Assembly (NCBI GenBank): GCA_003212035.1 | Contig: QCRA01000002.1 | Location: 10,032-74,031 of the forward strand | Direction of reading: 5' to 3' | Source of the DNA: Prochlorococcus sp. AG-459-D04 | GTDB taxonomy: Bacteria > Cyanobacteriota > Cyanobacteriia > PCC-6307 > Cyanobiaceae | Length of the DNA stretch: 64,000 bases | Part shown: in pieces, positions 1 through 10,908 of the stretch | How positions within the stretch are numbered: position 1 is the first letter of the stretch | How the letters are laid out: each line of letters opens with the position of its first letter | The notes under the pieces: model-generated | Databases searched by the model: none | Seen by the model: the letters and a program-made list of their open reading frames with translations, nothing else | Told to the model about the DNA's origin: nothing | Program-made: the position numbers and the translations under genes

Positions 1-23
1 TTAAAATCGGATAAATTTCTTGG

Positions 24-953
24 ATGATACTAGATAATCTTTTTAAAAATTTAATATATGATCCGGTTTCAGTCTTAGGTATTTTAGTCTTTTATTTTTT
101 ATTAATTAACTTACCAATATCTTTAGTTGCAGTTTTCAAAAAACAGTCTTTCTTTGCTGTGAAAATCTTAACTATTTTAGTAAATTTATTAATAGCATTA
201 CAATTACTTTCTAGGTGGTCAATTTCTGGACACTTTCCTATCAGCAATTTGTATGAATCTCTTTATTTCCTCGCATGGGGGATCACAATGGGACAACTAT
301 TGATTGAAAGGGAATATCAATCTCCAATAATTCCCTCAATTGCCATACCTATTGAGTTACTGACTGTGGCCTTTGCTTGCTTTGTGTTGCCTGATGATTT
401 GAAATTGTCATCCAACTTGGTTCCAGCTTTAAGATCTAGTTGGTTAGTAATGCATGTTAGTGTCGTAATGCTCAGTTATGCGGCATTAATAATAGGTTCT
501 TTACTTTCAGTTTCTGTTCTGTTCATTAATAAAAATAAGCCGCTTCAAATCAGAAGTAGTTCTACAGGTATTGGAGGGTTCAAAATTTCTAATAATTATC
601 TTTTAAATGATTTAGTTGAACCTATTGAATTTTCTCATTCAGAAGAATTAGATACATTAAGTTATCGTTCTATATTAATTGGCTTTGTTCTTTTGACTCT
701 TGGTTTAATTTCAGGTGCGGTCTGGGCTAATGAGGCATGGGGCACATGGTGGAGTTGGGATCCGAAAGAAACATGGGCATTTATCTCATGGTTGTTTTAT
801 GCCGCTTATCTGCATATGAGAATAAGCAAGGGTTGGCAAGGACGCAGACCAGCGTTATTAGCATCTACAGGCTTTTTAGTGGTTTTAATTTGTTATTTAG
901 GAGTTAATTTCTTAGGAATAGGGTTACATAGTTATGGCTGGATCTTCGGATGA
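24..953 (+). CDS. ccsA: cytochrome c biogenesis protein CcsA
   Basis: WWD motif WANEAWGTWWSWDPKETW, GHFPISNLYES, terminal GLHSYG, multiple TM segments. Confidence 0.95.
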   Translation: MILDNLFKNLIYDPVSVLGILVFYFLLINLPISLVAVFKKQSFFAVKILTILVNLLIALQLLSRWSISGHFPISNLYESLYFLAWGITMGQLLIEREYQSPIIPSIAIPIELLTVAFACFVLPDDLKLSSNLVPALRSSWLVMHVSVVMLSYAALIIGSLLSVSVLFINKNKPLQIRSSSTGIGGFKISNNYLLNDLVEPIEFSHSEELDTLSYRSILIGFVLLTLGLISGAVWANEAWGTWWSWDPKETWAFISWLFYAAYLHMRISKGWQGRRPALLASTGFLVVLICYLGVNFLGIGLHSYGWIFG

Positions 954-974
954 TTTGATAATCTCCCAGAATAT

Positions 975-1733
975 TTATTGAGGTTCTGAAAGTACATACC
1001 CCTTTTGTGCTTCCTGTGCAACTTTTCTCAAGTCATCACATCCCTCTTTTAATGTTGGGTAAGCAAACATTCCACTACCCGCAATAAAACAATTGGCACC
1101 AGCATTGGCACATTGTGAAATAGTCCAATTCGCTTTTATCCCCCCATCAACTTCAATGTCGACATTTAAGTTTTTTTCGATAATAAAGTTTCTTATTTCT
1201 CTGATTTTATTTAGCATTGTTGGTATATAAGCTTGTCCTCCAAAGCCTGGATTAACTGTCATAACCAAAACATGATCAACCATATCCATAATGTTTTTAA
1301 TCATTTCAAAAGGAGTATGAGGGTTTAATGCAACAGAAGGAGATCCTCCTAAATCTCTTATTCTCCCGAGAACTCTATGCAAATGAATATTTGCTTCGGC
1401 ATGAGCTATTACTACTCCTGGTTCACCATTTGAACCTTTTGTGGCGTTTACATAAGATTCAAGCATGGTTTCGCAGTTGTACTGGCTAACCATTAATTGA
1501 GTTTCGAAAGGGACATTACAATATTTCCTGCATGCAGAAATCATTTCAGGTCCGAATGTAAGATTTGGTACGAAATTTCCATCCATTACATCAAATTGAA
1601 TTCTATCTACCCCAGCTTCCTCGAGCTCTTTCACACATGACCCCATATTCGCCCAATCTGCTGGTAAAACTGAAGGAATTATTTGAATTGGTCTATTAGC
1701 ACCAGTTAAATTAGCTTGATTTGACTCAGTCAT
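975..1733 (-). CDS. rpe: ribulose-phosphate 3-epimerase (atypical metal site)
   Basis: DVMDGNFVPNLTFG, VMTVNPGFGGQ, EVDGG motifs. Confidence 0.93.
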   Translation of the reverse strand: MTESNQANLTGANRPIQIIPSVLPADWANMGSCVKELEEAGVDRIQFDVMDGNFVPNLTFGPEMISACRKYCNVPFETQLMVSQYNCETMLESYVNATKGSNGEPGVVIAHAEANIHLHRVLGRIRDLGGSPSVALNPHTPFEMIKNIMDMVDHVLVMTVNPGFGGQAYIPTMLNKIREIRNFIIEKNLNVDIEVDGGIKANWTISQCANAGANCFIAGSGMFAYPTLKEGCDDLRKVAQEAQKGYVLSEPQ

Positions 1734-1851
1734 TTAATTTTTAAAATATTTAATAAAGATACTATATTTAGTTGTTTATTCCTAATTTCAAGTCACGGCC
1801 TGATAAAGTAACAGCTGTAAAGAGTTAAAAAAAGCTTACTAGCATAATAAT

Positions 1852-1880
1852 TCTCATAAAAATTGACATTTTTTATGAGA
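1852..1880. promoter_or_regulatory. 11-bp perfect inverted repeat enclosing TTGACA in the rpe/glpX divergent region
   Basis: TCTCATAAAAA-ttgacat-TTTTTATGAGA. Confidence 0.5.
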
Positions 1881-1920
1881 TCATACTCAAAACCTTTTAG
1901 AAAATCCTCAAAATTTAATT

Positions 1921-2922
1921 GTGAATCAAACTTTAATTCAAGAAATTCTCGAAGTTGTAGAGCAAGCAGCTATTGCCTCAGCAAAACTAACTGGACTTGG
2001 TCAAAAAGATGAAGCTGATGCTGCAGCTGTCGAAGCAATGAGATTGCGAATGGGCAAAATTGAAATGAAAGGGAAAATTGTTATTGGAGAAGGTGAAAGA
2101 GATGAAGCACCTATGCTTTATATAGGTGAAGAGGTTGGCAGTGGAAGTGGACCAGGGGTTGATTTTGCGGTAGACCCTTGTGAAGGAACAAATCTTTGTG
2201 CGAATAATCAAAGAGGTTCTATGGCGGTTTTAGCTGCCTCTGATACGGGGGGTCTTTTCAATGCTCCTGATTTTTACATGAACAAATTAGCTGCGCCTCC
2301 TGCTGCTAAAGGTAAAGTTGATATTAGAAATTCGGCTACTGAAAACTTGAAGATACTAAGTGATTGTTTAGGCCTCTCTATTGATGAGCTTACTGTCGTT
2401 GTAATGGATAGAGCTAGGCATAAAGATTTAATTAAAGAGATTAGAGGATGTGGTGCAAAAGTACAACCGATTTCTGATGGTGATGTTCAAGCTGCGATTG
2501 CATGTGGTTTTGCAGGAACTGGTACGCATTGCCTGATGGGTATAGGTGCAGCTCCAGAGGGTGTTATCTCGGCTGCCGCAATGAGAGCTTTAGGCGGACA
2601 CTTTCAAGGACAATTAGTTTATGATCCAGCAATCGCTCAAACTTCTGAATGGGCTGATTACACAAAAGAAGGAAACATAAAACGCCTTAATGAAATGGGC
2701 ATAACCGATATAGATAAAATCTATGAAGCTAACGAATTGGCTTCGGGAGAAAATGTTGTTTTCGCGGGAAGCGGAATAACTGATGGATTACTATTCGACG
2801 GCGTTAAATTTGAAAGTGATTGTGTTAGAACAAGCAGTCTAGTTATTAGTACATTAGATAGTACTGCAAGGTTTACAAATACTATCCACATAAAAGATGG
2901 CGCTAAGAGTATTAGCCTTTAA
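1921..2922 (+). CDS. glpX: fructose-1,6-/sedoheptulose-1,7-bisphosphatase, class II
   Basis: [31 protein letters not shown]; GTG start. Confidence 0.96.
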   Translation: MNQTLIQEILEVVEQAAIASAKLTGLGQKDEADAAAVEAMRLRMGKIEMKGKIVIGEGERDEAPMLYIGEEVGSGSGPGVDFAVDPCEGTNLCANNQRGSMAVLAASDTGGLFNAPDFYMNKLAAPPAAKGKVDIRNSATENLKILSDCLGLSIDELTVVVMDRARHKDLIKEIRGCGAKVQPISDGDVQAAIACGFAGTGTHCLMGIGAAPEGVISAAAMRALGGHFQGQLVYDPAIAQTSEWADYTKEGNIKRLNEMGITDIDKIYEANELASGENVVFAGSGITDGLLFDGVKFESDCVRTSSLVISTLDSTARFTNTIHIKDGAKSISL

Positions 2923-2940
2923 AAATTCACTTTTGACCAT

Positions 2941-4251
2941 ATGCATATTGTTGTCGTCGGACTGAGTCATCGCACGGCACCCGTAGAAGTGCGTGAGAAG
3001 TTAAGCATTCCTGACCAATCCATAACAGAATCGTTGAAAGCATTAAAAGCTTTATCTGATGTACTAGAGGTGTCAATTTTAAGTACTTGCAATAGGCTGG
3101 AAATATATGCACTAGTGAAGGATAGAAATACTGGTATTTCATCTATTAAAGAATTTTTATCCGAATATTCTGGAATTATTTTTGAAGATTTAAATCCACA
3201 TCTTTTTTTCTTTAGACAGGAAGAAGCAGTTTTGCATTTGATGAAAGTCTCGGCAGGACTCGATAGCCTTGTTTTAGGAGAAGGACAAATCCTTTCTCAG
3301 GTAAAAAAAATGATGAGATTAGGTCAAGAGAATCAATCTACTGGACCAATTCTTAATAGATTATTAACTCAATCAGTTAGTACAGGTAAAAAAGTTAGAG
3401 CTGAAACAAATTTAGGAACTGGTGCCGTATCAATAAGTTCAGCAGCGGTAGAACTTGCCCAACTAAAAATTGGACAAGAAAAAGGTTTTGATACTCTTGT
3501 AAGTTTGGAATCAGAGAACGTTCTTGTGGTTGGCGCCGGACGAATGAGTAGGCTTTTAATAACTCATCTAAAATCAAAAGGATGTCATAAACTTATTCTT
3601 TTAAACAGAAATATCGATAGAGCATTAAATCTTGCTCTAGACTTCCCCGACCTAGAGATTGTTTGTAGAGGGTTAAAAGAATTAGATGAAAACATATCAA
3701 AATCTTCCCTTGTTTTCACCAGTACAGCTTCTGAAGAACCAATAATTGATCTCGCTAAAATTAAAAAATTAAATTTGCGTAATAAACTAAAATTTATTGA
3801 TATTGGTGTACCGAGAAACATATCAAATGATGTCAAGCAACATGAATTTGTAAAATCATTTGATGTGGATGACTTGCAAGAGGTTGTCTCAAGAAATCAA
3901 GAATTTAGACAGAAAATAGCAAAGGAAGCGGAAGCTCTAGTAGAAGAAGAGAGGATCGTTTTTCTAGAATGGTGGGCAAGTTTAGAGGCGGTTCCAGTAA
4001 TAAATAAACTTAGATCAGATTTGGAGTTGATTAGAAAAGAGGAATTGCAAAAAGCTCTTAGCAGGATGGGACCAGATTTTTCAGCTCGAGAAAGAAAAGT
4101 TGTTGAAGCTCTTACTAAAGGAATTATTAATAAAATACTTCATACGCCTGTTACTAAGTTGAGAAGTCCTCAATCAAGAGAAGAAAGACAAGTTTCTTTG
4201 AAAATCGTTGAAAAATTGTTTTCTTTGGTAGAAGAGGATAAAAATAGCTAA
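2941..4251 (+). CDS. hemA: glutamyl-tRNA reductase
   Basis: STCNRLE, GLDSLVLGEGQIL, GAGRM, DIGVPRNI. Confidence 0.97.
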   Translation: MHIVVVGLSHRTAPVEVREKLSIPDQSITESLKALKALSDVLEVSILSTCNRLEIYALVKDRNTGISSIKEFLSEYSGIIFEDLNPHLFFFRQEEAVLHLMKVSAGLDSLVLGEGQILSQVKKMMRLGQENQSTGPILNRLLTQSVSTGKKVRAETNLGTGAVSISSAAVELAQLKIGQEKGFDTLVSLESENVLVVGAGRMSRLLITHLKSKGCHKLILLNRNIDRALNLALDFPDLEIVCRGLKELDENISKSSLVFTSTASEEPIIDLAKIKKLNLRNKLKFIDIGVPRNISNDVKQHEFVKSFDVDDLQEVVSRNQEFRQKIAKEAEALVEEERIVFLEWWASLEAVPVINKLRSDLELIRKEELQKALSRMGPDFSARERKVVEALTKGIINKILHTPVTKLRSPQSREERQVSLKIVEKLFSLVEEDKNS

Positions 4252-4380
4252 TTTTTCTCGATTTATATTAAGTTTTTCTAGTGATTTATCGAAATACCTT
4301 CGTAAACTGACCATTAGTATTTCTAAATATGCCCATAATCAGTTACTTTAAATAGTTGTATATCAACCTCCATAGATTGA

Positions 4381-5676
4381 ATGAAGCGCGTGTTGGCCAT
4401 AATCCTCGGAGGAGGAAAAGGTTCTAGACTTTACCCTCTAACAAAAATGAGGGCTAAACCTGCTGTGCCCTTGGCAGGTAAGTATCGTTTAATAGATATC
4501 CCAATTAGTAATTGTATAAATTCAGGCATTGAAAAAATGTACGTATTGACCCAGTTCAATAGTGCATCTCTGAATAGACATATAGGAAGAACCTATAATT
4601 TAAATGGCCCTTTCGGGCAAGGATTCGTAGAGGTATTAGCCGCGCAACAAACTCCAGATAGTCCAAAATGGTTTGAAGGTACAGCTGATGCCGTAAGAAA
4701 ATACCAATGGTTATTTCAAGAATGGGATGTTGATGAATATTTAATATTGTCAGGTGATCAACTTTACAGAATGGACTACAGTTTATTTGTTCAACATCAT
4801 AGAGATAATGGAGCTGATTTAACTGTTGCAGCTTTGCCCGTTGATGAAGCCCAAGCAGAAGGTTTTGGCCTCATGAGAACAGACGATGTAGGAAATATAA
4901 AAGAATTCAGTGAAAAGCCCACTGGTGAAAAGTTAAAAGCGATGGCAGTAGATACTTCAAAATTTGGATTAAGTAAGGAGTCAGCTACCGAAAAACCATA
5001 TCTAGCCTCTATGGGTATTTACGTTTTTAGCAGAAATACTCTTTTCGATCTTCTAAATAAATTTCCTGATTATACGGACTTTGGTAAGGATATAATTCCA
5101 GAAGCCCTCAATAGAGGCGATACTCTTAAAAGCTATGTTTTCGATGATTATTGGGAAGATATCGGTACGATTGGGGCATTCTTTGAGTCAAACCTTGCAT
5201 TGACTGAGCAACCAAAACCTCCATTTAGTTTTTATGATGAGAAATTTCCAATTTATACGAGACCTAGATTTCTCCCCCCTTCTAAACTTGTAGATGCTCA
5301 AATTACTGATTCAATAGTTTGTGAAGGTACAATCTTGAAGTCATGCAGTATTTTACATTGTGTTTTAGGAGTAAGAAGCAGGATTGAAAGTGATTCGGTT
5401 CTTGAAGACACTCTTGTTATGGGTGCCGATTTCTTTGAATCTCCTGAAGAGAGGATTGAATTAAGAAAAGGAGGCGGAACGCCTCTTGGAGTAGGTGAAG
5501 GAACTACTGTAAAAAGAGCAATCCTTGATAAGAATACAAGAATTGGTGATAATGTCGTGATCATTAATAAAGATCGAATAGAGGAAGCAGATAAGCCAGA
5601 ATTAGGCTTTTATATCAGAAATGGAATTGTTGTAGTAGTTAAAAATGCGACCATTGCAAACGGAACTGTTATTTAA
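4381..5676 (+). CDS. glgC: glucose-1-phosphate adenylyltransferase
   Basis: [37 protein letters not shown]. Confidence 0.97.
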   Translation: MKRVLAIILGGGKGSRLYPLTKMRAKPAVPLAGKYRLIDIPISNCINSGIEKMYVLTQFNSASLNRHIGRTYNLNGPFGQGFVEVLAAQQTPDSPKWFEGTADAVRKYQWLFQEWDVDEYLILSGDQLYRMDYSLFVQHHRDNGADLTVAALPVDEAQAEGFGLMRTDDVGNIKEFSEKPTGEKLKAMAVDTSKFGLSKESATEKPYLASMGIYVFSRNTLFDLLNKFPDYTDFGKDIIPEALNRGDTLKSYVFDDYWEDIGTIGAFFESNLALTEQPKPPFSFYDEKFPIYTRPRFLPPSKLVDAQITDSIVCEGTILKSCSILHCVLGVRSRIESDSVLEDTLVMGADFFESPEERIELRKGGGTPLGVGEGTTVKRAILDKNTRIGDNVVIINKDRIEEADKPELGFYIRNGIVVVVKNATIANGTVI

Positions 5677-5771
5677 ATCTTTTCGATCATTTTTCGCTGA
5701 CATAAGTATTTTTTTTGAGCAATTTTGTTAAGTTGCAGGCAAACTATATTTATTGAGTTTTTTAATTTTTT

Positions 5772-7190
5772 ATGTCCAAGGCACATTTTGGTTTAATAGG
5801 TCTTGGTGTTATGGGCGAAAACTTAGTTCTTAACGCAGAGAGAAATGGATTTTCTAGTGTAGTTTTTAATAGGACTTACTCAAAAACTGAAGAATTTTTA
5901 CAAGGTCGTGGTCTTGGGAAGAGTATAGAGGGAGCTGAAACTCTTCAAGAATTTGTTAATAAGTTAGAGAGACCTAGAAGAATTCTAATGATGGTAAAAG
6001 CTGGACCCGCAACAGATGCTGTAATAGAGAATATTTCTGGATATCTCGAGGAAGGAGATTTATTAATAGATGGAGGGAACTCTCAATTTAAAGACACAGA
6101 AAGAAGGGTAAATACTCTTGAAAGTAAAAGTTTTGGATACATAGGGATGGGCGTCTCAGGTGGTGCAAAAGGAGCTCTCGAAGGGCCAAGTATGATGCCT
6201 GGAGGTACTAAGGCTTCATATGATGCAATAGAAAGCTTATTAACTAAGATGGCTGCCAAAGTTGAAGACGGACCATGTGTTGCATATGTGGGGCCAGGAG
6301 GCTCAGGTCATTTTGTGAAAACTGTTCATAACGGAATAGAATATGGAATTGAACAAATACTCGCAGAAGCCTATGACCTCATGAAAAGAGTCAAAGGGAT
6401 GAATGGACAGCAGATGTCAGAGGTATTTGGTTTTTGGAATAATACTGATGAATTAGCTTCTTATCTTGTTGAAATAACAGAGATTTGTCTAAATACAAAA
6501 GATGAGATAACTGGAGATGATGTTGTAGAGAAAATATTAGATAAAGCTGGCCAGAAAGGCACTGGATTATGGACTGTTGTAAGTGCTTTAGAACTGGGGG
6601 TATCAGTCCCAACTATTTATGCATCTTTAAATGCAAGAGTAATGAGTTCTTTAAAAGAGCAACGTAGTGAGATTGAAAAAACTATTCCATCTAAAGAAAT
6701 TGAGGATTTTGATTTAGGAACTATATCAGATGGAATGAAGCCTTTATTTGATGCTGTAGTCCTCGCTACAATTGCTAGCTATGCCCAGGGTATGGACATT
6801 TTAAGAGAAGCATCTGCAGTATATAACTATGGTTTGAATATGCCGTCAATTGCTCAAATATGGAAAGGTGGTTGCATAATTAGATCAAAATTATTAAGTA
6901 AAATTCAAGATGCTTATAACAATGATCCTAATCTAAAAAATTTAATTTTTGATGATTGGTTCAATAATGAAATTGCTACAAGACTAGATAACTTAGCTAA
7001 AGTTGTTTCTTTATCCACAAAAGCAGGTATACCAGTCCCATGTCTATCAAGTACCTTAGATTATTTGAATAGTTATAGAACCAATAGACTTCCTCAGAAC
7101 CTTGTTCAGGCAATGAGAGACTGTTTTGGCTCTCATACATATGAAAGAATTGATAAGGAAGGTAGTTTTCATACTGAATGGATGAAATGA
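5772..7190 (+). CDS. gnd: 6-phosphogluconate dehydrogenase, decarboxylating
   Basis: GLGVMG, GHFVKTVHNGIEY, QKGTG, RDCFGSHTY. Confidence 0.97.
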   Translation: MSKAHFGLIGLGVMGENLVLNAERNGFSSVVFNRTYSKTEEFLQGRGLGKSIEGAETLQEFVNKLERPRRILMMVKAGPATDAVIENISGYLEEGDLLIDGGNSQFKDTERRVNTLESKSFGYIGMGVSGGAKGALEGPSMMPGGTKASYDAIESLLTKMAAKVEDGPCVAYVGPGGSGHFVKTVHNGIEYGIEQILAEAYDLMKRVKGMNGQQMSEVFGFWNNTDELASYLVEITEICLNTKDEITGDDVVEKILDKAGQKGTGLWTVVSALELGVSVPTIYASLNARVMSSLKEQRSEIEKTIPSKEIEDFDLGTISDGMKPLFDAVVLATIASYAQGMDILREASAVYNYGLNMPSIAQIWKGGCIIRSKLLSKIQDAYNNDPNLKNLIFDDWFNNEIATRLDNLAKVVSLSTKAGIPVPCLSSTLDYLNSYRTNRLPQNLVQAMRDCFGSHTYERIDKEGSFHTEWMK

Positions 7191-7915
7191 TTGAAAAGGT
7201 TAAAAATGGATATAAACTTAATATTTACAAAGACAAGTTAGAGCTATCTACAGCCGTTTTTAAGTTTATTGAAAGTTACATTATTCATACTTTAAAAAAG
7301 AAAGACAGGTTCAAATTTTGTGTAAGCGGAGGTTCAACTCCTAAATCTGTCTATAAGCTTTTATCAAAAAGTGATCTTAGATGGTATATGGTTGATGTCT
7401 TTTTAGGGGATGAAAGATGTGTTGATCCAAATTCAGAATTGAGTAACTCGTTAATGTTGAAGAATTCGTTGTTAACTAATTTTGGATCTAAAGCTTTTTT
7501 TTATGAAATTTTCAATGATTTAAATGCTGATGATGAAGCTACAAAAAATCAATTTATTTCAAAATTATTTGAAAAATGCGGATCAAACCCTCCAATTTTT
7601 GATTTAACATTATTAGGTCTTGGGGACGATGGTCATACAGCCTCACTATTCCCTTATCAAAAAAATAATAATGTAGATGATTTTGTTATTTTTAATGAAG
7701 GTAAAGGTTTAAAAAGAATTTCATTAACTCCAAAGGTTCTTTCAGCTTCTTCAAAGATAGTATTTTTAGTTAGTGGAGCTTCTAAAAGAATTGCTCTTGA
7801 GAGGTTATTAGATAAAAAAGAGCCACCAGATAGAACGCCATCAAAATTAATAAAATCTATTAATCAAATTTCAATATTTTGTGATCAGGAATCAGCAAAA
7901 GAATTAGAAATTTAG
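7187..7915 (+). CDS. pgl: 6-phosphogluconolactonase
   Basis: SGGSTP, GDERCV, GLGDDGHTASLFP; start placed at the ATGA overlap with the gnd stop (ORF track starts at 7178). Confidence 0.92.
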   Translation: MIEKVKNGYKLNIYKDKLELSTAVFKFIESYIIHTLKKKDRFKFCVSGGSTPKSVYKLLSKSDLRWYMVDVFLGDERCVDPNSELSNSLMLKNSLLTNFGSKAFFYEIFNDLNADDEATKNQFISKLFEKCGSNPPIFDLTLLGLGDDGHTASLFPYQKNNNVDDFVIFNEGKGLKRISLTPKVLSASSKIVFLVSGASKRIALERLLDKKEPPDRTPSKLIKSINQISIFCDQESAKELEI

Positions 7916-7945
7916 TTAAAGTCTATTCATAATTTAAATTATTTA

Positions 7946-8494
7946 ATGAGTAAGAAAAAATTTTTATTCAAGAAAAAGGAGTTCGATGGTTGGAAAACAT
8001 TAAATGATACTGTTATGGGCGGATCAAGTTCAGCTTTTTGTGAAATTTCAAATTCGGGTTTGATATTAAAGGGTAATATTGTCGAGAAAGCAGGAGGATT
8101 TGTTAGTTGTAGATCGTCTATATATAAACCTTCTCTAAATGTATCTGAGTATTCATCCTTTGAATTAAAAATTGATGGACAAGGAAGAACTTTTAAATTT
8201 GCTGTCGCTTGTGAAGATGATCTACTAGGACTAACCGAATTTATTCCGGGTGGACTTAGATGGATTAAATCATTCCCAACAAAAAAATTCGGGACAACAA
8301 ATATTCAAATTCCTTTTAGTGAGTTAAAACCTTCAGTAAGAGCTAATAAAGTACGTTTTCCATTTAAATTTAAGCCATCTAAAATTAAAAGACTGCAACT
8401 ACTACACTCTAAATTCGGTGATGATGGATTACTTAATAATGAGTTTAAAGAAGGTTCCATAAAAGTTTTAATTAAATCAATAAGTGTTATTTGA
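7946..8494 (+). CDS. CIA30 family protein
   Basis: W..LNDTVMGGSS and GGFVSCRS motifs. Confidence 0.8.
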   Translation: MSKKKFLFKKKEFDGWKTLNDTVMGGSSSAFCEISNSGLILKGNIVEKAGGFVSCRSSIYKPSLNVSEYSSFELKIDGQGRTFKFAVACEDDLLGLTEFIPGGLRWIKSFPTKKFGTTNIQIPFSELKPSVRANKVRFPFKFKPSKIKRLQLLHSKFGDDGLLNNEFKEGSIKVLIKSISVI

Positions 8495-8870
8495 AAATCC
8501 ACCTAAAAATATAGAGAGCTTAATAGCTAAGTCAGCAGATTTAACAAATAAACCTTTTGTTCATTCTGTAGTAAAAATAAATGGTGAATACGAATTCGAA
8601 GATGAAGATATTGATTTAATAGTTAACATCTTATGTCGAGATAAAGAAGGTAAAAGATTAGAAATTTATGATCTTGAATTAGAACTTTTTAAATCAAATA
8701 AAGAGTTGGTTTTAGTAATCTCTAAGCTTAACTTCCCTGATGAACCGATATTATGGTGTGGAGTTAAAACATTATGGATGGATAGCAATAATGGGAAAAA
8801 ATGCAACTCACCAAAATACAGCGCTAGATTGGAAAATTTAGCAAATAGAATAAAAAGTTTTATTGATTAA
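8484..8870 (+). CDS. conserved hypothetical protein
   Basis: 128-aa ORF filling the gap before the ilvD stop; TTG start uncertain. Confidence 0.65.
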   Translation: MLFENPPKNIESLIAKSADLTNKPFVHSVVKINGEYEFEDEDIDLIVNILCRDKEGKRLEIYDLELELFKSNKELVLVISKLNFPDEPILWCGVKTLWMDSNNGKKCNSPKYSARLENLANRIKSFID

Positions 8871-8891
8871 GAAAATAAAATTTGAGCTGAT

Positions 8892-10565
8892 TTATAAATC
8901 AGTAACTGCCCCTAAACTTGATGTGCTTACGATTCTCGAATATTTTGAAAGAATTCCTCTTTTGTATTTTTGAATAGGTTTTACCCAATCTTTTTTTCTT
9001 TTTTCTAATTCTTCGTCAGATAAATCAACTTCAATTAGTTGTTTTACAGCATCTACTGTAATTAAATCACCTTGTTTTATTAGAGCAATATTTCCTCCTA
9101 CAGCAGCCTCTGGAGCTATGTGACCCACAACAAGACCATAGGTACCCCCGCTAAATCTGCCATCGGTAATTAAAGCCACCTTCTCTCCTAGCCCTTGACC
9201 AACAATCGCAGATGTTGGGGCTAACATTTCTCTCATGCCTGGACCTCCTACAGGACCTTCGTTTCTAATAACAACAACATCACCAGCTTTGATATCGTTA
9301 TTTAATATCGATTTTAAACAATCCTCTTCACTTTCAAATATCTTTGCGGGACCTGTTAATACAGGGTTTTTTACTCCGCTAATTTTGGCTACAGAACCTT
9401 CGCTCGCTAAGTTACCTTTTAATATCGCTAGATGTCCTTTTTTATAAAGAGGGTCATCTATGTCTCTTATGACATTTTGATTTGTTGGAGGCTTATCTGG
9501 AATATTCTGTAAGTATTCTGAGATGGTTTTGCCTTCAATGTTTTTGCAATCGCCATGAATTAATCCTGCATTCAAAAGTATTTTCATTACTTGTGGAATC
9601 CCACCGGCCTTATGAAGATCCACCGTCACATATTTACCACTCGGTTTAAGGTCGCAAATAACGGGTACTTTTTGTCTGATTCTCTCAAAATCATTAATGT
9701 TGATATCTATTCCTGCAGTATTCGCAATTGCTAAGATGTGCAATACCGCATTTGTTGATCCGCCAATTGCCATAATTACTGATATAGCATTTTCAAATGC
9801 TTTCTTTGTCATTAGGTCTAGAGGTCTTATATCTTTTTCTATTGCAGAGACTAATATCTCAGCACTTTTATCTGCACTTAGTTCTTTTTCAAGATCTTCA
9901 GCAGCCATAGTGGAACTGTGAGGAAGACTTAACCCTAATACTTCAATAACCGCAGACATTGTATTAGCTGTAAACATTCCTCCACAGCTACCAGCACCAG
10001 GAATACAATTTTTCTCAACTTGGATTAGCCTTTCTTCATTAATTTTGCCTGATGTTAATTGTCCAACAGCTTCAAATGCACTAACAACAGTAAGATCTTC
10101 TCCATGTAATTTCCCAGGCTTTATTGTCCCTCCATAAATGAAAATTGAGGGAATATTCATTCTCGCAATCGCAATCATGGCACCCGGCATATTTTTATCA
10201 CATCCACCTATAGCAAGTACTCCATCCATACTCTGAGCATTGCATGCTGTTTCAATTGAATCAGCAATAACTTCTCTTGAAACTAGAGAATATTTCATGC
10301 CCTCTGTTCCCATAGAAATCCCATCACTTACTGTTATAGTCCCAAACATCTGAGGCATCCCACCTGATCTTTTTATTGACTCTTCAGCTTTTAGAGCTAA
10401 CTTATTTAAACCCATATTGCATGGTGTTATGGTACTGAATCCATTTGCAACTCCAATAATAGGTTTATTAAAATCTTCATCATTAAATCCAACAGCTCTT
10501 AACATCGATCTGTTAGGGGATCTTTGCACACCTTGGGTTATTGCAGATGATCTGAGTTTATTCAT
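8892..10565 (-). CDS. ilvD: dihydroxy-acid dehydratase
   Basis: [30 protein letters not shown]. Confidence 0.97.
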   Translation of the reverse strand: MNKLRSSAITQGVQRSPNRSMLRAVGFNDEDFNKPIIGVANGFSTITPCNMGLNKLALKAEESIKRSGGMPQMFGTITVSDGISMGTEGMKYSLVSREVIADSIETACNAQSMDGVLAIGGCDKNMPGAMIAIARMNIPSIFIYGGTIKPGKLHGEDLTVVSAFEAVGQLTSGKINEERLIQVEKNCIPGAGSCGGMFTANTMSAVIEVLGLSLPHSSTMAAEDLEKELSADKSAEILVSAIEKDIRPLDLMTKKAFENAISVIMAIGGSTNAVLHILAIANTAGIDININDFERIRQKVPVICDLKPSGKYVTVDLHKAGGIPQVMKILLNAGLIHGDCKNIEGKTISEYLQNIPDKPPTNQNVIRDIDDPLYKKGHLAILKGNLASEGSVAKISGVKNPVLTGPAKIFESEEDCLKSILNNDIKAGDVVVIRNEGPVGGPGMREMLAPTSAIVGQGLGEKVALITDGRFSGGTYGLVVGHIAPEAAVGGNIALIKQGDLITVDAVKQLIEVDLSDEELEKRKKDWVKPIQKYKRGILSKYSRIVSTSSLGAVTDL

Positions 10566-10588
10566 ATTATTTGAGAACCTTTTTTATT

Positions 10589-10879
10589 CTATTGCCCCAA
10601 CTCTTCAAGTTGCTTCCTCACATCAGCAATTGCAGAATTAAGTTGCTCAACTTTCTTCTCCAGATTCTCTCCTTCAACTTCATTTATATTTTCATTTGAA
10701 TCAATCGCTTCTGAGCCGTCTTGAATTCTGGAGGAATACATCATTGCTTTTTGTTTTTTTTCCTCCTTTCTTTTGTCTGCTTCGGATATTAACCACCAAG
10801 CTAGACCTGCTGCTCCAATAAAAGCACCGCTTATTAATGATAAAAGATTATTTGAAGACGAATCTCTGTATTCAGACAT
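10589..10879 (-). CDS. hypothetical membrane-anchored coiled-coil protein
   Basis: N-terminal TM (LISGAFIGAAGLAWWLI) and C-terminal heptads. Confidence 0.75.
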   Translation of the reverse strand: MSEYRDSSSNNLLSLISGAFIGAAGLAWWLISEADKRKEEKKQKAMMYSSRIQDGSEAIDSNENINEVEGENLEKKVEQLNSAIADVRKQLEELGQ

Positions 10880-10908
10880 TGGTAAAATATTTAATCATAT
10901 ACTCTATA

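Noticed and set aside
1808-1821. GTAACAGCTGTAAA as an NtcA site
   Set aside because: The second half-site is too degenerate.
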